From contig JAYOYH010000023.1 in NCBI GenBank assembly GCA_038153405.1, forward strand, positions 16,982 through 46,895: a stretch of DNA of 29,914 nt, written 5' to 3'. Origin of the DNA: Gemmatimonadota bacterium. Lineage in GTDB: Bacteria; Latescibacterota; UBA2968; UBA8231. This document shows positions 17,587-26,050 of this stretch, in pieces; positions within the stretch are counted from its first letter, which is position 1; each line of letters opens with the position of its first letter. A model generated the notes under the pieces. It did no database searches and was not told the DNA's origin. It saw only the letters and a list, made by a program, of their open reading frames with translations. Position numbers and translations under genes: made by a program.

Positions 17587-18252
17587 TCAGGTCATAAAAG
17601 GGTCTCCAAGGGCATCGAGTGCGCGCTGTACGACGTTTTCTAGCGGGCCTTCTGTGGATAGGCGGATGGCGTCCGGCCACACCGGCAGATTGCCCGTGTG
17701 GCGCGCCAATTCCTCGAAGTAGGGCGAATCGCAGCGCGAACCGCGCGCGGCCAGTCGCGCGCGCCAGGTCCCGTGGGCCGGTGGGTCCAAGTGCAGCACG
17801 CAGAGCGAGGACGGGTGCAGGCGCTGGCGCAGATCGCACCACAGCGCGTCGACGCCCAACTCTGGGCCCCAGCCGCCCACCAGCAGCACCTGGCGCCGGC
17901 CGACGAGGTTGTCGCAGGCCAGGCGCAGCGGACCGGCGTATTCGAGGGGGCGTAGATTCTGCCAGTAGTGGTCTGCCGCATAGGCGCGGTCGGCCGTATC
18001 GCCGCGCAGGGCCGCTGCTTCGAGGACAAAGCCTCCGGCGGTGTGGTCCTTGTCGATAAAGAGGGATTCGGGCTGTAGACCGATCAACGCGGCCGCCACG
18101 CTGCTTTTGCCAACGCCTGGTGGACCGGCCAGCACTACGAGGCGCGCGCGTGGCGATCCGGCGTGTGCAGCGTCCAGAACGGCGCTGGCCGTGGGGTGCG
18201 GGTCGGGCCGTGCCGAGGCATAGCCGCCTCCCAACTGCGCGGAATTGTTCAC
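17587..18252 (-). CDS. P-loop NTPase/kinase (AAA_33-like)
   Basis: Walker A LAGPPGVGKS, IDKD, RPLEY, lid-like RARLAARG; GTG start overlaps the upstream TGA (GTGA). Confidence 0.82.
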   Translation of the reverse strand: MNNSAQLGGGYASARPDPHPTASAVLDAAHAGSPRARLVVLAGPPGVGKSSVAAALIGLQPESLFIDKDHTAGGFVLEAAALRGDTADRAYAADHYWQNLRPLEYAGPLRLACDNLVGRRQVLLVGGWGPELGVDALWCDLRQRLHPSSLCVLHLDPPAHGTWRARLAARGSRCDSPYFEELARHTGNLPVWPDAIRLSTEGPLENVVQRALDALGDPFMT

Positions 18253-19367
18253 GGGGTCTCTGGTGGGCGGTAGCTATAGACGTCAGCCAGAGCCAGCAGG
18301 ACCAGAGCCAGCGGCGTGCACCACAGCCAGGCGGCGTTGCCCGTCGGCTGCGCGCTGAGTAGAGAGGGCAGTCCGCAGAGCGCTGCGACTAGATAGATCA
18401 GCAGGACGGCGCCCCGTCGGGAAAGGCCCAGTCGGACCAGGCGGTGGCTGATGTGGTTTTTATCACCGATCCAAGGCGCACGCCCGCTTTTGATGCGCAG
18501 GAAATTAACGCTGAGAAAATCGTATACGGGTATGGCCAGTATCAGCAGGGGGGCCCACTGCAGCGCCGGCTGCAGGCTGGCAAAGGAGTAGGTTTGGCTG
18601 AGGTAGGCGGCGATGGCGCTCGTCGCATAGCCGAGGAAAAGGCCGCCGGCATCGCCCATGAAAATGCTGGCCGGTGGCAGGTTGAACAGCAGGAAACCGC
18701 AGCAGGCGCCAAAGCTCATCAGGCAAACGACGGCGATGCCGGGTTCGCCGGCTAGCAGGGCGGCAAAGGCCAGGAAGACTAAGCAAATGGCGCCGATGCC
18801 TGCGCTGAGTCCATCCATATTGTCGAGAAAGTTAAAGGCGTTGGTCATCGCGCCAATCCACACCACGCTGAGCAGCGCGTTGAGCAGGGGCATAGCCGGC
18901 AGTAGGTCTAAACGGAAGGCGGGCTGCGCATAGACCAGCAAAGAAATAAAGGCCAGCTGTGCCAGCAGGCGGGTCAGTGGTTTCATGCCGTGCCAGTCGT
19001 CGATGAGGCCGAGAAGGAATAGGGCCATGCCACAGGCGAGAAAGCTCGTCAATTGGTCTGACTGCCGCAGAAACTCCCCGCCGAGCCAGGCCGAGGAGAG
19101 GGGCCAAGTCGCATCGTTAGAAGCGAGGAGGGCGGGCAGTTCGACGATGAGCGAGGGCACGCAGACGAAGAGACCTATGCTGAGGCCGAGTGCCATGGCC
19201 AGCGCACCGCCGTAGGGCGTTGCTCGGGCATGGGATTTATGCGCGGCGGCAGCGGGGTGGTCGACTAAGTCGAGCGCCCAGGCCAGCCGCCTCACCGGCG
19301 GAATGCAAAAAGCCGTGATGAGCAGCGAGCAGACGACAAAGGGTGCTAAGGGTAAGATGGATTCCAT
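18249..19367 (-). CDS. MraY/WecA-family polyprenyl-phosphate sugar-1-phosphate transferase (372 aa)
   Basis: HKSH..ATPYGG, GLIDD, TNAFNFLDNMDGL, IFMGDAG, DKNHISHRL; WecA/TagO-like; start MESILPL at 19367. Confidence 0.9.
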   Translation of the reverse strand: MESILPLAPFVVCSLLITAFCIPPVRRLAWALDLVDHPAAAAHKSHARATPYGGALAMALGLSIGLFVCVPSLIVELPALLASNDATWPLSSAWLGGEFLRQSDQLTSFLACGMALFLLGLIDDWHGMKPLTRLLAQLAFISLLVYAQPAFRLDLLPAMPLLNALLSVVWIGAMTNAFNFLDNMDGLSAGIGAICLVFLAFAALLAGEPGIAVVCLMSFGACCGFLLFNLPPASIFMGDAGGLFLGYATSAIAAYLSQTYSFASLQPALQWAPLLILAIPVYDFLSVNFLRIKSGRAPWIGDKNHISHRLVRLGLSRRGAVLLIYLVAALCGLPSLLSAQPTGNAAWLWCTPLALVLLALADVYSYRPPETP

Positions 19368-19384
19368 AGGCCTTGGACTGTGGT

Positions 19385-19412
19385 TTGACAAAACGACTTT
19401 AACTAATATATA
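19385..19412 (+). promoter_or_regulatory. Candidate sigma70 promoter for the DegT gene
   Basis: Perfect TTGACA (19385-19390) and TATATA 16 nt downstream, in the AT-rich divergent intergenic region. Confidence 0.5.
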
Positions 19413-19471
19413 GGGAGTGTCTCCGGTCTCCAATGTCGAGGGTATAGATCGATAGAGCGAAAGGCGCATAG

Positions 19472-20704
19472 ATGCTGGCAATAGATGGTGGAGAGAAGGT
19501 GCGCGGTGAGGCCTTTCCCGCTCGCCGCCTGTTTGGCGAAGAGGAGCGCGAAGTCGCAGTGCGCCTGTTTGACGAGGCGTTAAAAAGCGGCAGTGCCATC
19601 GGCTACAACGGGGTTGAAGAGCGAGAATACGAGTGCGAATTTGTCGGGTTTATGGGTGGCGGTTACGCGGACTTGGTCAATTCGGGAACTTCAGCTCTCT
19701 ATGTGGCGCTGGCTGCGTTGCGCTTACCCGTCGCCGGCGAAGTCGTCGTGCCGCCGATCACCGATCCGGGTGGCGTTATGCCGGTGGCCCTGCTGTGTCA
19801 GGTGCCGGTCGTCGCCGATGCGGCCGAGGGTTCGTTTAATGCGGGCGCCGAACAGATAGAAAAGGTGCTGACGCCGCACACGCGCGCCATTGTCGTGGCG
19901 CATATCGCCGGCGAACCGGTCGATATGGATCCGGTCTTGGAACTGGCGTGCTCGCGCGGCATCCCGGTGGTCGAAGATTGTGCGCAGGCGCACGGTGCGC
20001 TCTACAGGGGGCGCACCGTCGGCACTCTCGGCACCATAGCCGCATTCTCGACGATGAGCGGCAAACACCACGCCACCGGGCCGCAGGGCGGCGTAGTCTT
20101 TTCACGCGATGAGGAGCTCATCTGGGAGGCTAAGCGCTTTGCCGATCGCGGCAAGCCGTTTAACAGCGATGCCGCTTCCAACGTGCGGGCCGGGCTCAAT
20201 CTGAACGGCAACGACTTGGCGGCGGCCATCGGGCGCGTGCAGCTGCGGCGCTTGCCGCAAATCATCGAGCGGCGGCGTCAGATCGCTCGGCAGATCAAAG
20301 AGTCGATCGCCGGCCTGCGCGCCGTGCGGCCCGGTCGGGAAGCCGGTGGAGAGGGGGGCGTGTACTGGTTTATGCGCTTTTTTGTCGATACCGACCAGTT
20401 GACGATCGACAAGAACGCCTTTGCTCGCGCCGTGGCAGCCGAGGGCATTCCGGTTGGTGCATCCTATCGCCATATCCCGTCGGAAGCCAAGTGGTTTCGC
20501 GAACGCTGCGTCTTTCCCGGCAGTGACTATCCGTGGGGTCTGCCCGACTACCAGGGCGATCGCGCCGCGACTTTTGACTGTCCCCAGGCCGTTGCTGCGG
20601 CAGAAAGCCACTTCATGCTATCCATACACGAAAACTTCGGCGCGCGCGAAGTGGAAGATATCGCCGCTGCCTTCGCCAAAGTGGAGGCGGCCTATCTGCG
20701 CTGA
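19472..20704 (+). CDS. DegT/DnrJ/EryC1/StrS family PLP-dependent aminotransferase
   Basis: NSGTSAL, VVEDCAQAHG, FSTMSGKH (PLP Lys), GGVV, AAIGRVQL. Confidence 0.92.
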   Translation: MLAIDGGEKVRGEAFPARRLFGEEEREVAVRLFDEALKSGSAIGYNGVEEREYECEFVGFMGGGYADLVNSGTSALYVALAALRLPVAGEVVVPPITDPGGVMPVALLCQVPVVADAAEGSFNAGAEQIEKVLTPHTRAIVVAHIAGEPVDMDPVLELACSRGIPVVEDCAQAHGALYRGRTVGTLGTIAAFSTMSGKHHATGPQGGVVFSRDEELIWEAKRFADRGKPFNSDAASNVRAGLNLNGNDLAAAIGRVQLRRLPQIIERRRQIARQIKESIAGLRAVRPGREAGGEGGVYWFMRFFVDTDQLTIDKNAFARAVAAEGIPVGASYRHIPSEAKWFRERCVFPGSDYPWGLPDYQGDRAATFDCPQAVAAAESHFMLSIHENFGAREVEDIAAAFAKVEAAYLR

Positions 20705-20713
20705 GTGCGCGCT

Positions 20714-21385
20714 TTAGGCAAAGCGTATCGGCTGAAAAAACGCCGGCTGGTGAAAGTTGGGGCGCTCCGTTTCCACCGGAGCCCACGACCCCCAGTGGGG
20801 GTGTGATGTCGCGTCGCCGCACTTGTAAAAGTTGGCGCGCCACGCGTTGCCGCTGCGCGGTGGAGCGCAGTCGAAATACGCGGTGAATAGGGCGAAGGGC
20901 ACGCGGTACTCGAGCGTCCAGGTCGTCTTCTCGGCGATCTCGGGTTCGACGATCTTGGGCAGCGAGTGGGCGATTTGAATGGAAGCGCCGTCGGCATCGC
21001 TGACGCTGTCGGCTTCCCGTCCCGCCGCGCGCTCGGCGCTCGATGGACAGCGGCGCAGCAGCATGGTGCCGCCGCAGTTGACTTCGAAGTTGAAGTAGGC
21101 GTCTGAATCGGGCAGCGGCGAGACGAAGAATTCGACGCAGCTATCTAAGCAGACGCTGTCCTGAAATTTTTCGGCTACGGCGCGCACATACTGGTCTTCG
21201 ACGCGAAAATGAACCCAGAGCGCCTCGTCGTCGTAGAGGAGGCGGGCCTGCACGTCGGGGCGATGGCCGGAGTCCTCCCACGGGAAGTGAGTGACGTGCA
21301 GCGTATCGGCTCCTTGCCAGCAGGGGGCATCCCAGTCGGCACTGGGGGCGGGTATATGCGCTGCTTTGTGGATAGTGTAGTGCAC
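20714..21385 (-). CDS. Carbohydrate-binding family 9-like protein (223 aa), no signal peptide
   Basis: AAAGGA RBS plus GTG; LLYDDEALWVHFRVED, DSCVEFF, YFNFEVNCGG, WRANFYKCGD, NFHQP.FF. Confidence 0.85.
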   Translation of the reverse strand: MHYTIHKAAHIPAPSADWDAPCWQGADTLHVTHFPWEDSGHRPDVQARLLYDDEALWVHFRVEDQYVRAVAEKFQDSVCLDSCVEFFVSPLPDSDAYFNFEVNCGGTMLLRRCPSSAERAAGREADSVSDADGASIQIAHSLPKIVEPEIAEKTTWTLEYRVPFALFTAYFDCAPPRSGNAWRANFYKCGDATSHPHWGSWAPVETERPNFHQPAFFQPIRFA

Positions 21386-21437
21386 GGCGCATCCTTTCGT
21401 AGTGGGTGTGCTCAATAATAATCGAGAGAGGGCGTTT

Positions 21438-22205
21438 ATGAAAGTTGCTGTTTTTGGCGCCGCTGGCTGGCTGGGCCGTGCGATCATTGCCAATGCGCAG
21501 GCGCATCACGAGGTGCGCGCCATCGACTATGGACCCCAATCATGGCAGAGTTGGGAAGATATAGATGGGCGCTGGGAGGGCGAGGTCTGCCACGGCGATA
21601 TCAGCGACTATGCGCACGTGGATGCGGCGCTGGAAGGCGTAGACGCCGTCGTGCATGCGGCCGTCTATACCACCCGCACGCCGGGCGGATATGGCGTGGA
21701 TGACGAGAAGCCGTTTTCCATCAACTTAAAGGGCCTGTGGAACGTGCTCGAGGCCGCGCGCCAGCGCCAGATAGCGCGCATCGTGCACATCGGTTCGTGC
21801 CAGACCGTGCATCCACAGGGCACATTTTTCAGCGGCGAAGTGCGCCGGCCGGATGGTTCGCTCTATGCGGTGTGCAAGCGCCTGCAGGAAGAAATGTGCC
21901 GGCAATACCACGATGCCTTTAGTATGTCCATCGTCGTTCTGCGCCCCGATTACATCGTCGACAGCCGCATCGGCCTGGGGCGCGGACGCGAGAAATTGGG
22001 GCCGGGGGGATCGCCGCGGCGCAACGGCTGGGTATGTCGCCACGATTTGGCCGAGGCCTGCCGCCTGTCCATCGAATGCGAGGGCATCGACTTTGAGGTG
22101 TTGCACATCGTCGGCACGCCGGAAGCCGACGAGACGTGCAATGCGGCGCGCGCGCAGCAAATACTGGGGCTGACCTACGCTGGCGACCTGGAGCAATACC
22201 GCTGA
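21438..22205 (+). CDS. NAD-dependent epimerase/dehydrogenase (uronate dehydrogenase-like extended SDR)
   Basis: GAAGWLG, DAVVHAA, RPDGSLYAVCK (YxxxK), LRP, DLA; GAGG RBS before ATG 21438. Confidence 0.85.
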   Translation: MKVAVFGAAGWLGRAIIANAQAHHEVRAIDYGPQSWQSWEDIDGRWEGEVCHGDISDYAHVDAALEGVDAVVHAAVYTTRTPGGYGVDDEKPFSINLKGLWNVLEAARQRQIARIVHIGSCQTVHPQGTFFSGEVRRPDGSLYAVCKRLQEEMCRQYHDAFSMSIVVLRPDYIVDSRIGLGRGREKLGPGGSPRRNGWVCRHDLAEACRLSIECEGIDFEVLHIVGTPEADETCNAARAQQILGLTYAGDLEQYR

Positions 22206-22245
22206 GTACGTCGACCTATCTATCTGTTTCAGTAGGTGTTAGCTT

Positions 22246-22274
22246 TTGACAGGGGGCGTGCCCCCGAGTATTTT
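22246..22274 (+). promoter_or_regulatory. Sigma70-type promoter of the envelope operon
   Basis: TTGACA (22246-22251)-N17-TATTTT (22269-22274); the spacer contains the GGGGG-cgtg-CCCCC inverted repeat. Confidence 0.65.
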
Positions 22275-22281
22275 TTTACAG

Positions 22282-22362
22282 GGTGACATCAGCGGTTGGC
22301 GCATCCGCGAGTGCGGAACGGGCGCCGATCGCTGATCGCTTTTAGCGAAAGGCGGGTTTTTT
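22282..22362 (+). promoter_or_regulatory. Structured 5' leader (candidate cis-regulatory RNA)
   Basis: 15-bp stem ATCAGCGGTTGGCGC/GCGCCGATCGCTGAT capped by TCCGC-gagt-GCGGA; then CGCTTTT-agcg-AAAGGCG and a T run at the start codon. Confidence 0.5.
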
Positions 22363-25300
22363 GTTGCTAAGAAACTTTTTTTTCCGCGTGGGGTTGGTGG
22401 GACTGGCGATTGTCACGCTTGCCGGCTCAGCGCCGGCGCAGATGCAAACGCTGGAGACGGAGCACTTCCGCGTCCACTTTATGCCCGGTTCCGAAGGGAC
22501 GGCCCGCCGCGTTGCCGAGACGGCCGAAGAGGTGTTTCCCACGCTGGCTGCCGCCTACAACTACTACGACGAGTTTCGCACGATACACGTCTTGGTCCTC
22601 GATACGTCCGATCAGTTGGGCAACGGCTGGGCAGACTACTACAGCAATACCATGGCGATTTGGGCGACCAATCTCGACATGGAGCTGCGCGGCAGCCACG
22701 ATTGGATCAAAAACGTAGTAACGCACGAGCTGAATCACATCATTACGCTCAATATGGCGCGTAAGAAATGGCCCTTTCAATTCGCGCTGATCTCCGTTTC
22801 TCGCTTTGATTCCAATCCCGATATATCGTTTCAATTTCCCCTCTATCACATGAACGTGCCGCGCGCCTGGTCCGAGGGCATTGCTCAGTACGGCGCGCGC
22901 AAATTCGGCTACGACCGGTGGGATTCCCATCGCGATATGCTGTTGCGCATGGCCGTGCTCGAGGACGACTTGCTCTCTTGGGAGGAAATGGGCACGGTCT
23001 TCGGCCGTTCGGGCAAGTACTATGGCGAACTGATTTACAATCAGGGCTACGCCATGCTGCTCTATATCGAAGATCAGTACGGAGCTGAAAAAGTCGATGC
23101 GCTGACGCACCACGTCGGCGCCATGAGCTTTGATCCGGCCATAGAGCGCGTGCTGGGCGTGACGGCCGATCAGTTTTACGACGATTGGATCGCCTATCTA
23201 AGCGAGAGCTATGAGCGCTTGCAAGGCGAGATCCGCGGCAGCGGCTATTTTGAGGGCGAGGAGCTGAGCGAGCTCAACAAGGGCATTATCGAATACCACG
23301 CGCGCTATTCGCCCGACGGCAAAAGGCTGGCGTATATCAGCAGCGACAAAATGGACTACGCCATTCCCTATCTGAAGATACACGACTTCGAAACGGGGGA
23401 GACCTATAAGTCTAAGGAATACATCGATTCGCGCACGGGCTGGTCGCCCGACGGCAAGAAGCTCGTTTACGCGCGCGCTAAAAACGGCTATAACGACCTG
23501 TACATTTACGACGTCGACCTCGATGAGGAGCGCCGAATCAGCGCCAATTTGCGCTCGAAAGACCCGGCGTTTTCTCCCGATGGCAAGCGCATTGCCTACG
23601 TTCACAACGAAGACGGCACCAACAATTTGGCCATCGTCAACAGCGATGGCACCGGGCGGGTGTATCTGACCAATAACAACAACGCCACCCAATACTACGG
23701 TCCGCGGTTCTCGCCCGACGGCGAGTGGCTGCTTTTTAGCGTCTTTCGCGGAGAAGACCGCGATATTGCCATGATCCGCGCCGATAGCCCTCCGCGTCCG
23801 AAGCGGTTCGAACGCAAGAAGGCGGCCAGTGAGACGATCGGCATTACGCTGACGGTCGGAAGCGGTGCGGAAGGCGACGATGCAGAAGAGGACGTAGAAG
23901 AAGAGGTCTTCGAGGTGTTTCCCGACAGCGTCGCCTTTGCCCACCCCGATAGCTCGGGTTTTCGCCCGCTAGTCAATTCACCGGCAGACGAGCGCGACCC
24001 CTACTGGCTGCCCGACGGCAGCGGCTTTGTCTTTGCCTCCGATCGCACCGGCATATTCAACATCTACAAGTACCATATGGAGAGCGGCGAGGTCGAACAG
24101 CTGACGAATGTAGTCGGCGGCGCGTTTGCTCCCACGGTTTCTCCCGACGGCGAGATCATCTACAGCTCGTACCACTCCAATAATTATGATCTCTACCGCT
24201 TCCGCATGGGCGAGTTTGCGCGCGAAGCCCACTTCGATGGGCTGGCGCTGCGCGACTACCGCTCCATCTACGACGGTCCCAAGCTGTCCGAGCAGTTTAA
24301 TATGGGTCGCTACGGCGGGCGCAACGTGCTGCGCTACATACCGATCTTGCAGGTGGGACCGACCTTTGTCGGCAATACCTTTGGCCTCAACCAGGCCAGC
24401 GGCGGTCTGCAGTTTTCCAGCGGCGATATGCTCGGAGGCCAGGAGGTGACGGGCTGGGGCATCGTCGGTAAGAACATGCGCGATGCGACGGACCTCAACA
24501 CGGATTTTGGATTTTTCTACCAGCGCAGTATGCAGCCGCGCGTCGGCAATAACCGCACTTTTAACCCCTCGTTCTACGTATCCGCACGCCGCCGCGAAAT
24601 CGACAACTTAATCAAGACGCGCAGTCTGTCGGTCGATACGCTGGCGGCCAGCAGCATATATCCCATTCCCGTCGATTCCACGACGAGCTTGCTGATTCCC
24701 GACGTCGAGCAACACGTATATCAGGGCACCAGTCGGCAGGACTTATTCAAAACCACTGTTAACCAAGTCGCCGTGGGCGTCGATCTGCCGCTGACGCGTC
24801 GCCAGCAGTTCAACGCGATGTACATGTTTCGCAGCTACGACGAGAGCTGGACGCTGCGCCAGTTTCGCAGCCAGACGCAGGTATTTCTGGTGCAAGACGG
24901 CGTCGATATATCGGAGCAGGTCGGGTCGGAGCTATTGGGACAGGATACTACGCTGGTCGGCGGGGACGAGCCGCTCAGTTTCTACAATGGCATAGAGTTT
25001 TACCGCGCACACACGCTGAGCCTGGGGTGGAACTATCGCCGCATCTACCCGACGGCCGAGAGCTCCTTTAACCCAACCGGGCGCGCCTTGTCGCTGGTCT
25101 ATCGCTACGCGATGCCGACGGTGGCCGATTCGTTGGCCCAGCCCACGCCGACCGATGGGATACCGCGCGACCAGTTCGCCCGCGTGCCGCGGCGCTTTCG
25201 CGTCAACGAATACGTGGGTGCCTACAGTGAGCGCATCCCACTGCCCTTTGATAATGTGCTGTCGCTGGAGGCTATCGCCGCCTATCGCAATATCGTGCTC

Positions 25301-25750
25301 AAGCCGGGTTTTATAGAGGATGGCGGCTTTTTTGAAGGGCGTTTTTACTGGCCGCTGCGCTATTACATTGGCGGGCAGAACTTTCTCAGCGGCTATCCCT
25401 ACTTTACCGATTCGGGTTCCAAACTGGTCTACGGCAAAATCAGCTACAGCTTTCCGGTCTTTAAGCGGCTGAACCGTCGCTTCCTCAACTTTACCTTTTC
25501 CAAGCTCTACGCCGAGGTCTTTGCCGAGGCCGGTGCCGTGGGTAACTTTCGCGATTTCAGCGACGTACAGTTCAACACGGACAAGTTTTTGACGGACGTA
25601 GGTGGCGAAGTGCGCATGCAGCTTTTTACCTTCTATCGCATTCCGATGGTCGCCTATTTTCAGGCGGCGCATCCGCTCAACCGCGATCGCATCGCCGATA
25701 GGGTGGGCAAAATTGATGCATGGCGCTACTACTTTGGCTTCGGGCTCTAA
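22361..25750 (+). CDS. Exported multidomain protein: gluzincin (peptidase MA-like) + TolB/PD40 beta-propeller + putative Omp85/BamA-like beta-barrel
   Basis: Sec signal ending in APA-Q; THELNH and WSEGIAQY zinc motifs; six xxPDG PD40 repeats; aromatic-rich alternating C-terminal region ending WRYYFGFGL. Confidence 0.85.
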   Translation: MLLRNFFFRVGLVGLAIVTLAGSAPAQMQTLETEHFRVHFMPGSEGTARRVAETAEEVFPTLAAAYNYYDEFRTIHVLVLDTSDQLGNGWADYYSNTMAIWATNLDMELRGSHDWIKNVVTHELNHIITLNMARKKWPFQFALISVSRFDSNPDISFQFPLYHMNVPRAWSEGIAQYGARKFGYDRWDSHRDMLLRMAVLEDDLLSWEEMGTVFGRSGKYYGELIYNQGYAMLLYIEDQYGAEKVDALTHHVGAMSFDPAIERVLGVTADQFYDDWIAYLSESYERLQGEIRGSGYFEGEELSELNKGIIEYHARYSPDGKRLAYISSDKMDYAIPYLKIHDFETGETYKSKEYIDSRTGWSPDGKKLVYARAKNGYNDLYIYDVDLDEERRISANLRSKDPAFSPDGKRIAYVHNEDGTNNLAIVNSDGTGRVYLTNNNNATQYYGPRFSPDGEWLLFSVFRGEDRDIAMIRADSPPRPKRFERKKAASETIGITLTVGSGAEGDDAEEDVEEEVFEVFPDSVAFAHPDSSGFRPLVNSPADERDPYWLPDGSGFVFASDRTGIFNIYKYHMESGEVEQLTNVVGGAFAPTVSPDGEIIYSSYHSNNYDLYRFRMGEFAREAHFDGLALRDYRSIYDGPKLSEQFNMGRYGGRNVLRYIPILQVGPTFVGNTFGLNQASGGLQFSSGDMLGGQEVTGWGIVGKNMRDATDLNTDFGFFYQRSMQPRVGNNRTFNPSFYVSARRREIDNLIKTRSLSVDTLAASSIYPIPVDSTTSLLIPDVEQHVYQGTSRQDLFKTTVNQVAVGVDLPLTRRQQFNAMYMFRSYDESWTLRQFRSQTQVFLVQDGVDISEQVGSELLGQDTTLVGGDEPLSFYNGIEFYRAHTLSLGWNYRRIYPTAESSFNPTGRALSLVYRYAMPTVADSLAQPTPTDGIPRDQFARVPRRFRVNEYVGAYSERIPLPFDNVLSLEAIAAYRNIVLKPGFIEDGGFFEGRFYWPLRYYIGGQNFLSGYPYFTDSGSKLVYGKISYSFPVFKRLNRRFLNFTFSKLYAEVFAEAGAVGNFRDFSDVQFNTDKFLTDVGGEVRMQLFTFYRIPMVAYFQAAHPLNRDRIADRVGKIDAWRYYFGFGL
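23306..24151 (+). repeat. Six PD40/TolB-like intragenic repeats
   Basis: YSPDG, WSPDG, FSPDG, FSPDG, WLPDG, VSPDG, mostly about 40 aa apart, with one long insertion. Confidence 0.85.
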
Positions 25751-25771
25751 TCGCAGGAGGAGCAATGGTAT

Positions 25772-25888
25772 ATGGACCTTAAAACGGCTTTGCAACTCAG
25801 AGTGGTCGCCATGATTCGCCATCACGCGCGTCGCCGTCTCATGGAAAATGCCTACGCCTACTGGCGCCGCCTCATCCAGTGCAATTGA
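25772..25888 (+). CDS. Small 38-aa basic protein (not in ORF track)
   Basis: AGGAGGAG (25755-25762) lies 9 nt before the ATG; MDLKTALQLRVVAMIRHHARRRLMENAYAYWRRLIQCN*. Confidence 0.6.
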   Translation: MDLKTALQLRVVAMIRHHARRRLMENAYAYWRRLIQCN

Positions 25889-25894
25889 ACGGAT

Positions 25895-26050
25895 ATGAAC
25901 CTCAAGTTGACCGATTACCCGCGGCGCCCTCCGCGCCAGCGTGCGACGCGTGGGCGCGCTGGCGAGTGGAATGGGCGCGCAGTCGATCGCCTGTTCCAGC
26001 GCTTTTGGCGCGACTGGGAGCAGGCCCGGCGAAACGAGGTGCGGGCTTGA
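25895..26050 (+). CDS. Small 51-aa Arg/Trp-rich protein (not in ORF track)
   Basis: ATG 6 nt after the previous stop; MNLKLTDYPRRPPRQRATRGRAGEWNGRAVDRLFQRFWRDWEQARRNEVRA*; its TGA overlaps the next TTG start (TTGA). Confidence 0.55.
   Translation: MNLKLTDYPRRPPRQRATRGRAGEWNGRAVDRLFQRFWRDWEQARRNEVRA

Noticed and set aside
18249..20704. O-antigen/EPS or aminoglycoside biosynthetic cluster around the WecA-like and DegT genes
   Set aside because: No glycosyltransferases, flippase, polymerase or nucleotidyltransferase nearby.
23306..24151. Recurrent CCCGACGGC-like sequence suggesting a DNA repeat or CRISPR array
   Set aside because: Encodes PD40 PDG motifs in frame; too short and irregular for CRISPR.
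24932..25825. Long antisense and alternate-frame ORFs (also 5631..6482, 8237..9046, 10158..10865, 13984..14784 and others)
   Set aside because: Shadow ORFs expected from high-GC codon bias opposite well-supported genes; no motifs.
25879..26046. N-terminal extension of ORF 25879..26640
   Set aside because: It would bury the lipoprotein signal; the RBS plus TTG at 26047 and a coupled ORF in another frame explain the region better.
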